DNA from: a virus
Lineage: Duplodnaviria > Caudoviricetes
Virus record (IMG/VR): IMGVR_UViG_3300035534_000081
Coordinates: 1 to 37,335 of that record
DNA length: 37,335 bases
Reading direction: 5' to 3' (one strand)
The notes beneath the pieces are model-generated. The model saw nothing but the letters and a program-made list of their open reading frames with translations, was not told where the DNA came from and did no database searches. Position numbers and translations under genes: made by a program. Positions within the stretch are counted from its first letter, which is position 1. Each line of letters begins with the position of its first letter. Positions 35,214 through 37,335 of this stretch are shown here, one piece after another.

Positions 35214-36347
35214 ATGTCGCATCTAAGAAAGAGAGGTAAGAAAAAATATCAGATTGTAATTGAGTTGGACTCTGACCCAAATGGAAAGAGAAATTTTATC
35301 TACAAAACTGTTAATGCTAAAAAAGATAAAGCCAGAGATATTATGGACAAAATGGAAAAGGAAATTAAAAGCGGAGTTTTTGAGGGTAAAAAAGTCAAAC
35401 TTGAAAAATTTTTAAATGACTGGATAGAAAACCACAGAAAAAGACTGAAATTATCAACTTATGAAAATTATAAGCATATAATCGAAAGACATATAATACC
35501 TATACTTGGAGATTATACTCTCGGAGAATTAATCAATAACCCTATGCTATTAGAAAATTACTACGATCATAAGCTTAAAAAAGGTAACTTAGCAACGGGA
35601 AAAGGGTTGTCTAATAGATTTGTAAGGTATCATCATTCTATTATGCATAAAGCTTTTAGCAGCGCTGTTAAATGGAAAATGATAAAGATTAATCCTGCTG
35701 ATTTAGTTGATCCACCTAAAAAAATAACTAAAGAAGCAAAATATATGAATTCTAGTAAAATTGAAGGGTTTTTAAAAACAGTAGATAATAAATACTATAG
35801 AAGGTTATTTGAATTTGCAGCTAGAACTGGTTTAAGGCGGGGAGAAATACTCGGTTTGCAGTGGAGTTTAATAAATCTTAATGATAAAAAAATTACTGTA
35901 AAGCAGTCTTTGCTGAGGACTAAAGGGCAAACTTTTATCCAGGAAACAACTAAAAATAATCTGGTTAGAAGTGTTCCTGTTTCTCAAAAAGTATATGACA
36001 TTTTAAAAAATATAAAAAATAAGCAAGAAGAAATAAAAAATAAGTTGATGCTAAAAAATTATAATAAACATGATTTGGTTTTTGCTAGAGAGGATGGAAC
36101 TCCTCCAGACCCGGACTCAATCAGCCATGCATTTAAAAGATATGCAAGAGCTGCAGACATGGGTGAATATACATTTCACAGCCTAAGGCACTCATTTGCC
36201 TCTATTTTAAAAGAAAGCGGACAGGATATACAAACTATCCAAAAGCTTTTAGGACACACTATGCGGTCAACCACAGCTGATATTTACACCCATGTAGCTG
36301 ATAAAAGTAAAAATTCAGCTGTAAATAAATTAGATGATATTTTCTGA
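35214..36347 (+). CDS. int: Tyrosine integrase
   Basis: Catalytic motifs TGLRRGE, TTKN, HSLRH, LGH and IYTH; N-terminal arm-binding domain and SAM-like domain. Confidence 0.96.
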   Translation: MSHLRKRGKKKYQIVIELDSDPNGKRNFIYKTVNAKKDKARDIMDKMEKEIKSGVFEGKKVKLEKFLNDWIENHRKRLKLSTYENYKHIIERHIIPILGDYTLGELINNPMLLENYYDHKLKKGNLATGKGLSNRFVRYHHSIMHKAFSSAVKWKMIKINPADLVDPPKKITKEAKYMNSSKIEGFLKTVDNKYYRRLFEFAARTGLRRGEILGLQWSLINLNDKKITVKQSLLRTKGQTFIQETTKNNLVRSVPVSQKVYDILKNIKNKQEEIKNKLMLKNYNKHDLVFAREDGTPPDPDSISHAFKRYARAADMGEYTFHSLRHSFASILKESGQDIQTIQKLLGHTMRSTTADIYTHVADKSKNSAVNKLDDIF

Positions 36348-36532
36348 TTTTGGGTTAATTCCCCACCTTGCCACCACTTTTGAAAACAGTCAATTTTTCT
36401 GCCTGCGAGCTGCCTGCAGAGAATAAATATTTATTGAATTTAGTTGATGTTATAAAAAATAAAAACCCCTGTTATATTAAGAATCAACAGGGGTTAAGAA
36501 TACGTATATTTGCATATGAAATATATTTGTTT

Positions 36533-36591
36533 TAGATTCAGGGTCTAGTGGCCGCAAGGCCGTGAGGGTTCGAATCCCTCCTTTCGCACCA
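36533..36591 (+). tRNA. 3' fragment of tRNA-Leu(CAG) forming the att core (not a complete tRNA)
   Basis: TAGA-TTCAGGG-TCTA anticodon arm (CAG at 36539), long variable arm GGCCGCAAGGCC, T arm GAGGGTTCGAATCCCTC, ending ACCA; D arm and 5' acceptor strand absent. Confidence 0.9.
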
Positions 36592-36608
36592 GCCTACATA
36601 ACAGTGAT

Positions 36609-36634
36609 AAGAGCCTTTTTTAGGGCTCTTTTTT
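36609..36634 (+). terminator. Replacement terminator for the target tRNA
   Basis: AAGAGCC...GGCTCTT hairpin plus T tract just after the CCA. Confidence 0.8.
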
Positions 36635-36773
36635 ATTTGTTGTAAAATAGACTCTAACGCTTACTGCCTGCATAATGCCTGCGGAACAAAATAATTATCA
36701 AATTAACTATTAATGTTTATCGTGATTATTTTACTATATATTTAATTCTATTGCAAAAATATTATATGCTATT

Positions 36774-37004
36774 CTATAATAATGTAAACAAAATCCAGTA
36801 AAATAAAAAACCATATATCCCTAGAAGTGCTATGAAAATTATCCCTACTAAAATCCAGGCAAATAAAGCTTCTCCAAGACTTCCGGTTCCACAGCTAGAA
36901 TTTTTGCTTATTTTATTAGACCATTTAATTAATATAAAATATGAGGTTCCTGCACTAAAAAATAAATCTAATATCATTAAAAAGAAAAACTTTAAGTATT
37001 GCAT
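36774..37004 (-). CDS. Two-TM small membrane protein at the end of the late/lysis region
   Basis: AAGGAG RBS; two hydrophobic segments. Confidence 0.65.
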   Translation of the reverse strand: MQYLKFFFLMILDLFFSAGTSYFILIKWSNKISKNSSCGTGSLGEALFAWILVGIIFIALLGIYGFLFYWILFTLL

Positions 37005-37016
37005 GTTTCTCCTTCC

Positions 37017-37335
37017 CTAAAATTGAAAATCAAATCCAAGTATTATTCCACTATTTTCTATATTAGCAGGGACCACATTGACCCCTGTTATTATTCCAAT
37101 GTTCTTTTTATTTAAAATATCATCTATCATTTGTTTTTGAGTATCAATCAAATCCTGCAATCTATTATTAGAGTCTATTAATTTTCGATTGTTCTCCTCA
37201 GCTGATTCATAAAATTGCCTGTATTCCTCAACATCTGCTTCCGCCTGGTTGTATAATTTTTTATACTCAGTGACATCTTTTTCTGCTTCCTCATAAAGCT
37301 TTTTATATTTTTGAGCGATATCGTACATGTCACGA
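37017..37335 (-). CDS. Coiled-coil protein with C-terminal beta-strands ending in Phe (lysis accessory/spanin-like candidate), 5'-truncated
   Basis: Frame is open to the window edge; 14-aa repeats YKKLYxxAExDVxE; ends GIITGVNV...SGIILGFDFQF. Confidence 0.6.
   Translation of the reverse strand, partial: RDMYDIAQKYKKLYEEAEKDVTEYKKLYNQAEADVEEYRQFYESAEENNRKLIDSNNRLQDLIDTQKQMIDDILNKKNIGIITGVNVVPANIENSGIILGFDFQF

Larger units (their letters stand above)
36400..36682. promoter_or_regulatory. attP: arm-type repeats on both sides of the tRNA-derived core
   Basis: TGCCTGC at 36400 and 36411 (left) and at 36665 and 36676 (right), both pairs with an 11-bp period; inverted repeat AACCCCTGTT...AACAGGGGTT at ~36463-36495. 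Confidence 0.8.
1..37335. mobile_element. Temperate myovirus-like phage of a Firmicute, partial genome, apparently in excised/circular (attP) configuration
   Basis: Complete ordered modules for lysogeny, replication, packaging, head, contractile tail and baseplate. No host housekeeping genes are present. The att core has phage-type genes on both sides. Confidence 0.95.

Noticed and set aside
36520-36591. Complete tRNA gene
   Set aside because: The D arm and 5' acceptor strand are missing; it is an att core.
1-37335. Reverse transcriptase, DGR template repeat, endolysin
   Set aside because: No RT motifs, no TR/VR pair and no peptidoglycan hydrolase were seen in the window; they can only be inferred for the missing segment.

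Overview
The whole window is most of the genome of a temperate, contractile-tailed (myovirus-like) phage of a low-GC Firmicute. The acidic virion proteins suggest a halophilic host, possibly Halanaerobiales (inference). The minus strand carries, from right to left: cro-like regulator, ParB-like protein, excisionase, Rad50-like ATPase/RecT/MBL-nuclease recombination module, replication initiator with iterons, SSB, VRR-NUC nuclease, late activator, terminases, portal, head, sheath/tube/tape measure and baseplate. The late region ends in an Mtd-like (BPP-1 major tropism determinant) receptor-binding gene that runs off the left edge and is missing from the ORF track. The plus strand carries the lysogeny operon (CI, ImmA-like protease, two membrane/secreted morons, tyrosine integrase). 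It is followed by the 3' part of tRNA-Leu(CAG), flanked on both sides by TGCCTGC arm-type repeats. This looks like an intact attP, so the sequence is probably the excised/circular form, permuted so that the gap between the right and left ends holds the Mtd C-terminus, the lysis genes and possibly a diversity-generating retroelement (not visible here). Notable non-annotated signals: a prfB-like +1 frameshift in the tail chaperone, a tandem anti-Shine-Dalgarno structured RNA before the late operon, an embedded antisense sRNA, a triple hairpin-UAUAAA leader before the scaffold gene, a nuclease-less homing-endonuclease-type DNA-binding array, and a coiled-coil protein ending in a beta-signal-like motif (candidate spanin analogue).
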